A stretch of 64,000 bases of DNA from Octopus sinensis (Eukaryota): contig NC_043009.1 in NCBI RefSeq assembly GCF_006345805.1, forward strand, positions 69,068,001 through 69,132,000. Direction: 5' to 3'. The notes under the pieces were generated by a model. It did not search any database. It worked only from the letters and a program-made list of their open reading frames with translations, and was not told the DNA's origin. Positions 12,785-26,520 of the stretch are shown here, in pieces (the stretch's first letter is position 1; every line of letters begins with the position of its first letter). A program made the translations under genes and the position numbers.

Positions 12785-14826
12785 ACTCTAACCTAACCTC
12801 ATTCATGTGAAAATGTTGGTCTTGCAAGCTGCACAGCAACCTCATTAGCGATGGTGCTATGAAACACACACACACATACACACACACCCCTAGTCCACTC
12901 TCTGAAATGGTGGGCATTAGGGAAGGCATCCAGTCATAGAAACCATGCCAAAGCAGACCTTGGAGCATGATATAGTCTTTGAATTTGCCAGACCCAGTCA
13001 AATTATTTGACCCATACCAGCAGAGACCATAGACATTTAATGAGGATGACATTGTGGTATTGTCAATGTAGGTCAACTAATACTAGGTCAACTAGTATTA
13101 GAGATGACTCCATTCAGCTACCACCACCACCACCACTACTACTACAAGTACTCCCACATATACATTCACATCTAATTGCTAAATAACAAAGACTGAATAA
13201 CTCAGCTGTTGAAAAAAAAAAAAAGAAAGGAAGAAAAAAGCAGACAAAAAATAAACCTCCTACTCACAGGAGGGTGGGCTAATTTGCATATTGATGTTAA
13301 TTTAACAAGCATCATTAAGAAATTTCTAATAACTCAGCACCATTTGTCTGATCTGGTCTAATATATTTGCTTGCTTGTAATGTTTCTATGAATAGAATGC
13401 AGCATAAATGATTAATCCGGTGAATTCCATGTCTGTCGGTCGCATATTTCTGTGAAAAACTGGCAAAACTTCTGCCAGTCGGAAGAGTGAAGCATCTGAA
13501 ATCACAGCTTGTCTAATGGACTGTTTTTTAAAATATGTTTGATTGGCTGAATATGTTTCTGCTGCTTGAGACGACGATGACGACTGACTGACTGGTGTAA
13601 TTTAATTACCTTTTTACTTTTGCTTGTTTTAGTCAATAGACTGCAGCCAGGTGGCAGCACCATCTTCAAGAATTTTCTGTCAAATGAATTGAACCCAGTC
13701 CTGGTATTATTATAGTGTTCCTTTTTGCTGACCCACTAAGTTAAGGGGATATAAGTGCACAAACACCTGTTATCAGTGGGGGGTGGGGGGGTGGAGTAGA
13801 GACAGAGATATAAAAGTACAAAGGTGGTGCACCAGCATGGCCTCAGCCTCTGGCTGAACCCTGTAAAAGATAAAAGATATATAACAGGTTTCTTTCAGCT
13901 TCTACCTACCAAATCCATTCGCAAAGCTTCGGTTGGCCTGAGGCTGCGGTAGGAGATACTTGTCTAAGGCACAATGCCATGAGATTGAACTCGGGACCAT
14001 GAGGTTGGGAAGCAAGCTTCTTACCACACAGCCATAATTATGGAAACAAGATTTTGTACTTTTGAGAAGTGTGGATGTCATATTGATCAAGATAAATGTT
14101 GTCAATGGTGAATTTAGGATTTGGATTAAAGAGATATAAACTGTCACCAAAGGTGACAAAAAAGTGTTTTTGTTTTTCTTCATCAGACATCATCTGTTGC
14201 ATTCCCTCATGTTGTTTAGCTCCTTTGAACAAAGGTGTCCCACCTACATTAACCCCATCTTTTTTGTGGTTGAGAAGCTTGCTTCCCAACACAATTGGGA
14301 AGTGAGCTTCTTATGGCATGGGTCCCAGGGAGACTGAACTCATGTGGTCTTCAGTTCAGTCCCACTGTGCAGCACCTTCAGCAAGTGTCTCATACTAAAG
14401 CCCTCAGTCAGCCAAAGCCTTGTGAATGGGTTTGGTTTATCATATATATATATCAGGTGCTGGGTAGTGAGCTGGCAGAATCATTAAGCGTGCCAAGTAA
14501 AATGCTTAGCAACAACTCTTCCGTCTATACGTTCTGAGTTCAAATTCCCTCGAAGCCAACTTTCCTTTTCATCCTTTCAGGGCCGATAAAATAAGTAACA
14601 GTTGAACACTGAGGTTCATCTATTTGAATTACCCCCCTCCTCTCGAAATTGCTGGCCTTGTGCCAAAATTTGAAACCAATTTAGATAATGAGTGCAAGTG
14701 TGTCTGTGATAAGAAGTTTACTTCCCAGCATATGGTCTGGGGTTCAATCTCACTGCACAGCACCTTGACCAAGTGTCTTTTTCTATAGGGAAGTGAGATT
14801 TTTTTTAAGCAGCAGCTTCTGTTGAA

Positions 14827-15258
14827 TTGACCAACGAAGTACATAGCATTGGTCCCAAACGCATACCCTCCATCAGACACCTACCATATTCTGAGCGCCT
14901 TGTTTCCCTGGGCATGGATTCACTGAAGCTCCGGCGTTTGGCGACGGACTTGGTAAACACCCACAAAGTTATCAACCACCTCACCAACAACAACACTGAA
15001 CACCTTTTTGATCTCCATGTGTCTAACACACGTGGACATGCCTACAAAGTCAGAAAACAATACAGCTCCCATGACTTTCGGAAACATTTTTTCATGCTCA
15101 GAGTTGCTGAAGCATGGAATAAACTGCCCCAGCGTCAGTTGTCGACTGCCATGACACTGCATCCTTTAAGGCCCTCATGCTTCCCGAAATCCGTCGAAAC
15201 TACACCTGATTATATATACACTTTAGATGAGTTGTAGTGCACCTGAGCACTGTACACA

Positions 15259-15289
<31 letters not shown>
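14827..15289 (+). mobile_element. 5'-truncated CR1/L2-superfamily LINE 3' end
   Basis: ORF2 C-terminal motifs LPYSERLVSLGMDSLKLRR...TRGHAYK...RKHFF..RVAEAWNKLP, followed by a 3'UTR and a (TTA)n tail. Confidence 0.85.
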
Positions 15290-15563
15290 GACCAACTTGC
15301 CAGTAAATGACAACAATACTCTCTCTCTCCCCCTCTCTCTCAATCTCTCTCTCGACACACACACACAAATAATATATGCATACACACACGTGTGTGTGTA
15401 TATATACATGTGTATGTATAATATGTATATGTATATAAGTAAATATTTATGTTTATGTATCTATATATATATAGGGAGAGTTTACGAAAAAAACAAAAGA
15501 CGAAGACGGGTGGTGTACAAAACAAACAGATGTATTAGTATAACGCTCAGGAATAGAAAAAGT

Positions 15564-15599
15564 CTTTTACGTTTCGAGCCTAAGTTCTTCGACAGAAAG
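15564..15599 (-). ncRNA. Minimal hammerhead-like motif, family 2 (core variant CUGUCGA; stem III ACGU; GUA site) within a short repeat ~15474-15665
   Basis: Minus strand: CTTT CTGTCGA a GAAC ttag GCTC GAA ACGT A AAAG. Stem I is CTTT/AAAG. The A6 position is U and stem II has one mismatch, so it is probably inactive or a variant. Confidence 0.55.
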
Positions 15600-16871
15600 G
15601 GACACAGAAAGAAACACGGAGAGAAAAAAATGTGTGTAGTGGCTAGTGATCTATCAAGGCAACTCAAATACATATATATGTATTTGTGCATGTCTGTGTA
15701 TGCATGCATGTATGTATGTGTGTATGAGTATATTTGTGTGTGTGTGGGTGTATGTATAATATATATACATATAAGCACACGCACGTGTAAAATGATAGAC
15801 ATATACCGCAGTACCTCTTAAACTAGAAGATGTATAATACTTCAGTTTAGAAATTTTATTCTATTCCATTAAATACGGTCCTGCAGCTGTTGTTGTTGTT
15901 GTTGCATTGCAGCAGTTTAAAAGGTCATCTTACGGGGATTCTTTAACCATTCCGTGCTCTTCAATGGGTCGCATCAGTTCTTTACCTTTTGCTTCTTCAT
16001 TTCATTCTCTCTCTTCAACAAAGCTTGCAAACATCATTGTCTCTCGACTATAAGTCGTCTCGATGTCAGTCGTGCCAACCGTTAACTAGGAAACACAGGC
16101 GTTTGCAATGTGCTTAGCAAGATTTATTATGCGTATACAGCTTCTGTAACAAGGTGTATAGTGCTAGGCAGGTGTGCAAGATTAGCCAAATAGCTTCCAT
16201 CACGAGGTCACAAGTTCAAAACCGGTGCACGGCATCTTGGGTGAGTCTCTTTTACCATAGTTTCCGGCCACCTCTAGCATTATGAGTTAAATCGAGGTAA
16301 ATGGATAATGTGTGGAAGCCTGTTAGATCGATTGTACGTGTTGTGGTTTGGTGGGTCAGCCTGCTCCTGTATTTTGTCACACAGATTCTGGTCGGGGATT
16401 TATGTTAAGGCTGCATGATGTGTCTGTGGAATACTCAGCCAGTTACGAGGCATTAATTTACAAATTAGCTGGTCCAGTTGATTGAATAACTGAATATTCA
16501 CAATTGAAACTGATGTATACAGCCTCTACAGTAAGGAGTGTATATATATATACTCACACACACATATATATATGTGTGTGTGTGAGTGTGAATATATATA
16601 TATATACACACATGTATATATATGTGTGTGTGTGTGAATATATATATATACATACATACACACATGCACACATCCTCCAGGAGGGCTTATACAGTAAGGG
16701 TGTGTGTGTCTATCTGTCTGTCTACCTACTTATCTTCCTACGTCTGTTTGTCTTTCTCTTATATATACACACACACACCCTGTATAGTAAGATACAACAC
16801 AATATTGTAATGAAAGAGTTAACAATAACCAGAATAACTCTCTTGTATGAGGTTTACCATGGTTACCGTTC

Positions 16872-16922
<51 letters not shown>

Positions 16923-17051
16923 CTTTCCTCCTCTTTCTCTTTTCCAGTTTATTATTTGTCTAAGACAACTTTCTGCTATGACATTTATCTTCTTACAGGA
17001 TTCAAAATGTGTGCGTGACACACACACACTCTCTCTCTCTCTCTCTCTCTC

Positions 17052-17088
<37 letters not shown>

Positions 17089-18953
17089 ATTCATCTGTGA
17101 CTCCCACTTTCTCTCTAGGTAAACGTCGTGGAGAGAAGTGTGGGGGGAGAGAAAGCAAGACAATCCGACTGTATTTCTCTTGACGAGGCTTCTGGTTTCT
17201 GCTCCGTGTATTGACGATGTTACTGCTTATGTATTTTATTGTATTGCTATAATTTCATAGACATGTGTGTGTGTGTGTGTGTGTGTTTGTGTGTGTATTT
17301 GTGTGCATGTATATGTATGAATGTATGCGAATATTTGTGTACATGCATATACACACATGTGATTGTATATATACATATATATATATATGTGTGTGTGTGT
17401 GTGTACATACACACATATGTATACAGAGAAAGAGAGAGAGAGAGTATTGTGTTTGTAGATGTGTGTGTGTGTGTATGCAATGCTGTGAGTGGGTCTCTGT
17501 GTCTATTCTTTCTCTTCTACTCTTGTAATGACATCAGTCTAAGACATGCAAAAAGACCGTCTTTAACCCAGCAGCTATGCACTGATTCACTGTCAATACA
17601 TCTACTGTTACTTACCTTACCAGTGTTTAATTAGTCATTTTATTAATTACACTGACGACAAGATGATGGAAATAATTAAAGAAAAATGGACAACTTTTTC
17701 TTTTTTTGTTTTTGTTTTCTTCCTGGATTACTTCTTTTATCAAAAAAAAAAAAAAAAAGACAGTTTGCTGCTCTTTTCTTCTTTTCTGTTCTTGTCTTTG
17801 GTGCCTTTTCTGCTTCAAACACTCTCATATCTTTCCAGGCCCTATCAGAGGAGGAAGGGTCTGTATCCATAGCCACTGTAAGTCTGGTGATGGAATGGAC
17901 CTTGTTTGTGACCTTCACAGATCCTCCAAGACCAGTGGAGAAACTGTGTGAGCAAATACAGTTGTAGCTCCCTTTATTACTTTAGTATTCGAATTGGCCC
18001 CATCCAGCCCAAATATGCTTCTTGTTCTATGTTCAGACTGACTAGATCTGGCCTCTCACACCTATCCTACAATATCATCCTAAACATGAACAATCACATC
18101 TTTGAAATCTCAAAGCTACGAGAAGATGCATGATTAATTCAAAACAATATAAAAGCATTACATTTCACAGACTAATTTGAATGCTAAAGGATTAGGACTC
18201 ATAGAGGAATGGGTCATGCCCTTGGCCTTTGCAGGTCCTCTGATGTATGGTGAGGGGTAGGACTGTGCCAAGATCTTAGCAGGATCCTTGGTGACTGATG
18301 AATGCCTTTCTTGAACACACACTTGCAGGAAAGACATGGACTTGGCAGTAATCCAGGTGGATGATGTTCAGTGGAGAAAGGACTCTTACCAATGAGGTAG
18401 ACTAAGAATGGGTGACAGGAAGGGTAGGGACGAATAAGTTGTGTGGCAGAGGTGGCACAATACCACAAACTCTGAGGGTAGAGTCCACTTTTAGAAGTTG
18501 TTCTATGAATTGGGCTGTGCTTCTTCCCTTTTTTAATTATAAAGAAGGTGAAGTATTTTGTCCAAGGCCAGAGCTCTGTACCCTTAAAATATTTGCCAAG
18601 AAGTTAATACTGGGTTCATATGGCTATCTGATCTGTTTATCAAATTTACGTTTGTCTGTCTGTCTCTCTCTTCTATTTTAAATCGCACTGGAGTTGATTA
18701 TACTTTCCCCTAATAAACACAAGTCATAGAAACCATGCCACAACAGACAATTGGTGTCTGGCCAGCTCCCCGGTAGGCCAGCACCATGTCAAACCATCCA
18801 ACCCATGCCAGCATGGGAAACAGACGTTAAATGATGATGATGATGATGTATCGTCTGTATTTTAGTAATTTGTCTTCATGTTTTCCTATTTCAATGTAAT
18901 AAATTTCCCGGGACCCTTTTACTGATCCTTTGCTATTTTGTCTCTCCTTTCAG

Positions 18954-19218
18954 GTTACAAACTTCATACCTTCTATAAGTGCTGTTACTGGGATAACCCC
19001 TCAGAGATATTTATGGCGGATATGTATTGCGCTGCACTGTACACCCAGGTTTGCAGTGGCCTTCATGTATTTCAACATGTACAAAGGCTTCTTGCAAAGT
19101 ATCAAGAAAGAACATCAGAGCTTATTTCTGACTTTGATAAAGGTGAATTTTTGGTTGAACATTATGGAAAACTCAAGTCTTATTGGTGTCACATATATTT
19201 CTAATAAAGAAAACTACC
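18954..19218 (+). CDS. PGAP2: PGAP2/FRAG1-family protein, internal coding exon A (phase 0 to phase 1)
   Basis: Acceptor tctctcctttcag and donor gtaagt. Translates VTNFIPSISAVTGITPQRYLWRICIALHCTPRFAVAF...VNFWLNIMENSSLIGVTYISNKENY, matching the recognisable PGAP2 motifs (N-x-x-PSxS, PQRYxWRxxIxLHxxPRF, LNxxEN, TYxSxxE). Confidence 0.92.
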
Positions 19219-19592
19219 GTAAGTACAAATCAATATGGCTTACTATTTTCTTTTTTGTTTTATTCTTTTATTGTTTCCTGATGACGGAGGAGATTGTTTT
19301 GTTGTTGTTGTTTAATCCAAGGTCACCCTGAATCTTTCTGAAGATAGCAAGATGTGATATGAGGGAGATTTGGTTACTCTCTTTAACAAGTCACATGACT
19401 AAGCAGAACTTCCATTGTTGGAGTGTTAGTGATTGTGTTATTGGTGATTTGGATTATTGTTTAGCACCAGTTCACCTCCAACTGATCAGGCCTATTATCA
19501 AAGACATTCCACAAGTGACCCTCCATTTTTTTTTGGCTTACAAGGGTCACATCACCCAATAGACATCCTTCCTTTTTTGAGATGTGATTTAA

Positions 19593-19813
19593 CCCTTTAG
19601 AATTTGAACTGTCCATACCCGGCCCAAATATTCTCCCTGTTTTATGTTCAGACTGTCCAGATCTGACCTCTCACACCTATCCTACAATGTCATTCTAAGA
19701 ATATATAATCGCATCATCAAAATTTTGAAGTTATGGAGATAATGCAAGATTAATTCAAAGCAATGGGAATAAATAAACCTTAGAATTGGCAGAGTAACAT
19801 GAATGCTAAAGGG
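19593..19813 (+). mobile_element. piggyBac-type MITE (related copies ~17980-18192 and, inverted, ~23503-23680)
   Basis: TTAA|CCCTTTAG ... CTAAAGGG|TTAG termini. The internal sequence is shared among three loci. Confidence 0.75.
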
Positions 19814-19994
19814 TTAGTAGCAATTTGCTTACCGTTTCTTGTGGGTTGGCAGAAATGGCAGAGCATCAGCCTAGATAGCTTTGAGCATTTAGTCGCATCC
19901 TGCTGTATTCTAACTCTTTATTCTTTTACTTATTTCAGTCATTTGACTGCATGGAGCACAAATATTCAATGACAACACACACACACACACACAT

Positions 19995-20028
<34 letters not shown>

Positions 20029-20653
20029 GCATACACACACATACATACACACACACACACATACACACATGCACAAGATCTTGTTCAGCCTGAATCAGTA
20101 GTAAAAGAAACACATTTACCCAAATTCCTGTACAGTGGCATTGGACTGGAACCAAACTACTTAACAACTCAACCACGGTTGTGCCTTCTCTTATAAATAA
20201 GCTTAATCATTTTAATTATGTCAATAATAACAACTTAATAGTATAAATAGTTTGAGTTTTGTTCTTGATTCCCCGAATCCATCCGTTTTCTGTACCACAT
20301 TCGTTTTTGTTTTTATTTTGTTATTCTATGTTTAATGTCTGGGACGGGTATGTTTTTTAGGGATATTGTTCTATAGCGGGATGTTCTGCCCACCCCTGAG
20401 TAATTTCCCTTGGCTGGTATCACTGTTACTTTCATTGCATTTTTTTCTCTTTAATTATACAAATCGCTCTGGCCCGGAACTGACCCCTAACTCTCTTTCT
20501 ATTCCCTTGGTCTTCTGCTGAATCACCAAATTATGGGGATATAAACTAATCCAAACCAGTGGTGGGGGGACAAACACAACACAACACACACACACACATC
20601 ATATATCATCATCATCATCAAGCATCTGCTTTCCATGCTGGCTTGCGTTAGAC

Positions 20654-22255
20654 CAGGGGTCTCCAAACTTTTTCCACACAGGGCCAGATACCTGCAAGAA
20701 TGACGAGCATGGGCCGCATAATCATTTTGTTCAATACAACACAGTGATTACACAAAAGACAAAGACATCCAACATATTTATTTACCAAAAAGTTATCAAA
20801 GAAGGTGACGTTAGCAATAATTACATCACACCCAGGGTGCACATATCCGAAACTCACAAACTGAGCAGCAAAAATGGTTGGTGAGATTTGTGAAACTGGT
20901 GTTTGTTTTGGAATTGCTGCATCCAACCAAGAGAATTGCTTTCAATTGTTCATCAGTCAATGTCATTTGATGTGCTGACTTCACAGACATAAGTTGTTCC
21001 AAACACTGATGCCATGCCAGAGGCAAATTTCTTCAAATTTGAAAACTCATCATCGGGGAAGCAGCGATAGAATTCAACAAGCTTTCCTTCTCTGTGCTTC
21101 TCTTTCAACAAGTCATTTGCTTGCAAATCAATGACCACCAACTGTAGTTTGATTGGCACGTCTTGAAGGTTACAATCAAATGGATTCTGGAACAGAAGAA
21201 TATCACTCTTGATTCTGTTGAGATGTGAAAATCTCTCCAAAATATTCTTATTTAAGTCACAAATAATCTTCTTCAGAAACTCAAGTTTGACATCTTCTGC
21301 AATTCCAGTGCGAACCTCTTTAAAACACTGAAAATGAAATGATTTTCTTCCTTCCGGTTGTGCTTTAAATAATTCTAGGTTTCTCTAAAATTCTTTGATG
21401 ATTCTGTAGACAAGGTTATCCTTTCCTTGAAGTTTCAAGTTCATATGGGATGCGATGCCAACCAAATATGATAACTCTGACAGCCAGGTAGGATCCGAAA
21501 GAAGTGGATCAGCCCTATCCTTTTCGGTGAGAAAAATATTTATTTCTCTTCAGAGCTTATAAAAACAAAACAGGACTTTACTGCAGCTGAGCCTCCTCAC
21601 TGCTATGTGATACGGCAAGTCACAGAAGTCAGAATCAATTTCTTCAAGAAAAGCCTGGAACTGACGGGGATTAAGTGCTTGACTCCGAATGAAGTTCACT
21701 GCAGAAACGACTGGTTTCAGTATGCAAGAAATATGTCTCTCCTACTGAGAGCTTGCTGGTGCATAATGCCACATATAAACAGAGCACCTGGGAGTTGAAG
21801 GTCTTCCAGCTAAGTCCTGATGTGCCCCACCAGACCTGTGCCCACTCCAACCATGTTTTTACCTCCATCAACTGTAACACATCGAAGCTGATTCCACTAA
21901 AGGTTTATAGCCTTGCAAAGTTTTCTGCACTTCCATGAAAATGGTCTTCTCCAGTTGTTGTTCCATGCATGCTGCCAACAGATGCCAACTCTTCTGTGAT
22001 CTGAAAGACCAAATGAAACCATGAATAAACACGAGAGATCAGTAGACTTATCCAGTGCCAGAAAATACCACAAGAAGTTCCTAGCTTTCTCACATATCTG
22101 TGGCACTATGTTCTCTCCAAGTTCTTCTGTTCTCCGCATAGCTGAACTTGCTGAAAGGCTGATAGTTTCAAGCAAATCAGCTTTCACAGGACATTTGCTG
22201 CTTCCATCATACACCCTTTGATGAAGTTGCCATCAGTAAAAAGTTTTCCTTTCTC
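20654..22255 (-). mobile_element. Decayed hAT (Charlie/SPIN, GTF2IRD2-like) transposon
   Basis: Terminus CAGGGGTCTCCAAACT at 20654 after a gttagac target-like flank. Frameshifted pieces include ISLSASSAMRRTEE...FLALDKSTD and LFQNPF...LQLVVIDLQANDLLK...FASGMASVFGTTYVCE. Confidence 0.88.
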
Positions 22256-22924
22256 TGCCATTTTATGCACTATTTTGTAGCTTGTGGCCCCAGCATGGCC
22301 ACAGCTCAATGACTGAAAGAAACAAGTGAAAAATGAAAGATAATTTTTTTTAAATTTTGTTTTTGTTCATCCTAATGATGAAATTTTTAGAAGGGATTTT
22401 ATTTTCATTCTATCAAAATAACAATCCCCCCCCCCATGTCTTTCCTTTCAGATATTGAGCCAAGGAAGGAGTTTATATCCTTTCTCTTTCATCCTGCTAG
22501 AAATAGCAGTCATCTTTCATCCTGTTTGACAAGAAGAGGAAAGGACACATTGGATAGTGTAGTACTGAACAGTGTAGTACTGCTTGAATAAAGGTGTGAT
22601 TGTCACATCTGGAATGCCTTAAATCATGGGTCTGACCAATCATGTCTAGAACGGTGCTTTGCAACCTTTTTTCACCTGTGGGACACCTGAACTACAAATA
22701 TAACTAAAAGTATAGGGAAAAGATTATATTCAGCTTACTCTGTGGCACGTCTAGCATCGTCTCATGGCACTTCAGTGTGCTGTGGCACACCGGTTACGGG
22801 GCACTGATCCAGAATTCAGCAATAAAATCAACTTCTGGTGTGCAATGGTTGCTGTTATTCCCATTGTTGATTAAATAATTTTAGACAATGGTTCTCTCAT
22901 TCGTTTGTATATGGGACATGTAGA

Positions 22925-23218
22925 AACTGATAGAAACATTTTTTCACACCAAGAGTTGCTGAAGCATGGAACAAACTGCCAGCATCAGTCGTTAGTTGTC
23001 GGAGCACTGCATCCTTCAAAACTTCCATGCTTCCTGAGATTCGCCAACACTACACCTGATTTTCTCCCCTCCATACACACGCAACCATGTATCAGACTCA
23101 TACACTGTTCGCTTCCCAGACATTTGTACATTATTGCATGTGCTTTATACACACTTTTGACAAGTTGTGGTGCACCTGAGCACTGTATATAATAATTTCA
23201 TTATTATTATATTATTAT
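22925..23218 (+). mobile_element. Short CR1/L2-like LINE 3' fragment (same family as 14827-15289)
   Basis: Shares gagttgctgaagcatggaa...cacctgagcactgta and a (TTA)n tail with the 15-kb copy. Confidence 0.8.
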
Positions 23219-24892
23219 AACTTCAGTGGTTTTTAAACATTTTTTTTTTTGCTTTAATTGCAACTTACTTTTAAGTAAATAAAAATAATTTGGTACAGTT
23301 AGTGCATAAAACCAAAATAAATGTCTTTATATACATTTTAGCCTATAGATATAATAATTTAGACCACAAAAAATGAAGTACTTATTTGTTTATTCAATAA
23401 ATGCGTCTTAATTATGAAGATATATTTGGAACTTTACTTTGTATTTTTCACATAATGCAAATATAATTTTTATTATTTCCCTGTATCAAGTCCACACTCA
23501 TTTAACCCCAGCATTCAGATTTCTTTGTCTTCTGACTTCAAGATTTCAATGGTGTGTTTGTATATTTTTAGAATGACATTGTAGGGTAGGTGTGAGAGAT
23601 TGGATCTGATCAGTTTTATCATAAAACAATAGAATATTTGGGTGGGATGTGGCCAGATTAAATGATAAAGAGCTAAATGGCCATTGGGGAACTGATGGAT
23701 GTTTTGAATGATATTGAAGGAGATGAAGGAAAACATAAAGTGCAGAGAGGGGCTTCAATGGTGCGGAACATACAAATGATAAATTGATAATAAGAACAGT
23801 GTACAAGTCTATTAACACTGCACTTGAATTTCAACAGCAACGAGGGGGGATCCTTTCTCCTCCAATGTGCCACCTGAGTTGCTGTCTGTGTGCTGCTGGA
23901 TATCATTAGGAAACGCTGGTTTATAACATCGTTATTGGCATTTCACTTCAAATTGGTTTCCTCTCTTAATTAGAGTCAGAAGTTCATTTCACAAAAACCT
24001 TAGCATACTTTATTGTGACATCCTTTGCTGCCGTTATCAACAATGAGAGGGCCTCAACTTTAGTGGTTCCCTGTCATTTTTGCCTGATGGACCCCTTTGA
24101 TTCCTATTTTGCTCTATTGGAACCCCGACATTGAAAAAAAAAAGTCCTATAATGTTTCTGTAATTAAATATTAGGAATTGTATAAAATAATTGTTAAGTA
24201 TTTTGAGTATTGCAGAAGTAGAAGTAATTTATTGTACATAGGAACTTTAACAACAAAATCTTTTATGGACCCCTAAAGTCCACATGGACCCCAGGTGAGA
24301 ATCACTGCTTTGCATAATCAAATTTTCCTCTAGTAAGTCTTCTGTCTACATTGGACAATGTCCTCACAGGACGCTCATGGCTGGAACTCCTTTCGTCCTA
24401 GGAGTTGCTCACTCCGCTTGATTACAGATGACCTGGGCATAAAACAAACAATAAAAATGTTTCATAATTTTTGGCTGAAAATCAGAAAGTTGTAAGGGTT
24501 GGGTTCTAGGAGATTGAAATGACCCCAGTATGCAACTGGTGCTTACTTTATCAAAACCAAATGGTGCAGTTGGTGTCAGTGGAATCTGATGTATGAGAGA
24601 TAAAGAGACATTTTGTCTGCCCCTGTTATTTCTGTCATCCACTGCTTATGATGATGATGATAATCATTATAATAATCCTTATATTTTGCCACCAGGACCC
24701 ATTCATACATTGGACAATGTATCACAAAACGAGGTTTCAAAATAGTTGTATTAAAATTAGAGGATCAAAGACATATTACGACAGGTTAACGTCTTTGAAA
24801 TTATGCAAAATAAACGACTTATATAAATTCACAGATAAATAAAAGCAAAAATAAAATTAGAAAGAATTATTATTATTATTATGATTATTATT

Positions 24893-25123
24893 AGCATGAG
24901 GCCAGCAATTTTGAGAGGAGGAGGCAAATCAATTACGTTGACCCCAATATTTAACTGGTACTTTACCTTTTTGGTTCTGAAAGGATGAAAAGCAAAGTTG
25001 ACCTCAACAGGATTTGAACTCAAAACACAAAGAGTCAGAAGAAATGCTGCTTAGCATTTTGTCTGATGTGCTGGACAATTCTGCCAGCTTGGCACCTTAA
25101 TAATAAAAATAATAATAATAATA

Positions 25124-25185
<62 letters not shown>

Positions 25186-25645
25186 GGCAGTGAGCTGGCA
25201 GAACCGTTAGCATGCCGGGCGAAATGCGTAGCCGTATTTTGTCTGCCGTTACATTCTGAGTTCAAATTCCACCAAGGTCGACTTTGCCTTTCATCCTTTC
25301 GGGGTCGATAAAATAAGTACCAGTTACGCACTGGGGTCGATGTAATCGACTTAATCCCTTTGTCTGTCCCTGTTTGTCCCCTCTGTGCTTAGCCCCTTGT
25401 GGGTAGTAAAGAAATAATAATAATGATTACCTTTAATAATGGTTTCAAATGGCTTGAGGCCAATGGTTTCGGGGGAGGAGGTAAGTTGATTATATTGACC
25501 CCGGTCTTCAACTAGTACTTATTTTATCAACTTCCAAAAGGATGAAAGGTACAGTCGACCTCAGCAGAATTTGAACTCAGAACATAAAGACAGACAAAAT
25601 ACAGCTAAACATTTTGTCCAGCATGTTAGCCAGCTCACTGCCTTA
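24893..25645. mobile_element. Three tRNA-derived SINE copies in alternating orientation (-,+,-)
   Basis: Copies at ~24893-25098 (-), ~25184-25415 (+) and ~25435-25645 (-). The first two are separated by (TAA)n(TTA)n. Confidence 0.85.
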
Positions 25646-25754
25646 ATAATAATGATAATGATAATAATAATAATGATGATGATGATGATGATAAAGAAGC
25701 AGTTATTGCAATATATATCTCGTCTCTGGCACTGTTTTCTATTAATATTTTCAG

Positions 25755-25858
25755 CCATCCATGAGAAAATATTCATCGTGTTTATGGCGACCTCCTTATG
25801 TTACATGTTATTAAACACTATCCTGTTCCGCTGGACCAGAGATAAGGTCACTGAAGCA
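25755..25858 (+). CDS. PGAP2: PGAP2-family coding exon B (phase 1 to phase 0)
   Basis: ttttcag acceptor and gtaagt donor. In frame with exon A: (P)IHEKIFIVFMATSLCYMLLNTILFRWTRDKVTEA, matching the IHExxFIVF motif. Confidence 0.92.
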
Positions 25859-25929
25859 GTAAGTATTATTTATGCATATTATACTGAATGTTCTGTGTGT
25901 GTGTGTGTTTGGCTTCATCTACATGTGTA

Positions 25930-25969
<40 letters not shown>

Positions 25970-26393
25970 CATATATATATGTATGTACATATATGTATAC
26001 ACACATATATATATATATGTGTGTGTGAGTAGGTGGATGCATGTGTGAATATGTGTATGGACATTCATCATCTTCATTTAGCATCCGTTTTCCATGCTGG
26101 CATGGGTTGGACAGTTTGACTGCAAACTGGTAAGCTAGGGAGCTGTACCAGGTTCCAGTCTGATTTGGAATGGTTTCTGTAGCCGGATGCCCTTCCCAAT
26201 GCCATCCACGCCAAGAGTGTAGTATTAAAAGAATATTCTTAAACCTGTGCTCTTATGTTCTTGGGAACTGTTACAGATTGTTTTTTTGGGGGTGGGGACT
26301 TTGATAGGGGACTGGCTTTTGCTAAAGCCTCAAAAATTTCTCAATTAAATTGACTTCAGAAATACATTTGTGACATTGGTAGAGATTTTGATT

Positions 26394-26520
26394 ACCAATT
26401 CTGCTAGGATTAATAGTCAATTCTGGTGGATCAATAACTAATTCTGTTGGGACTGACGACCAATTCTGCTGGGATCAATTCTGTGGAATTGACCACCAAC
26501 TAAAATTCAGCTTTGATCTC
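26394..26520. repeat. Degenerate minisatellite (units built on CAATTCTG...GGAT)
   Basis: About five recurrences of caattctg(c/g/t)tgggat-like units. Confidence 0.6.

Noticed and set aside
13268-13550. Octamer ATTTGCAT (13282-89), GC box and CCAAT-like motifs; also TGACGTG(G/A) motifs near 2130 and 6350
   Set aside because: Short motifs are expected by chance in 64 kb, with no linked TSS evidence.
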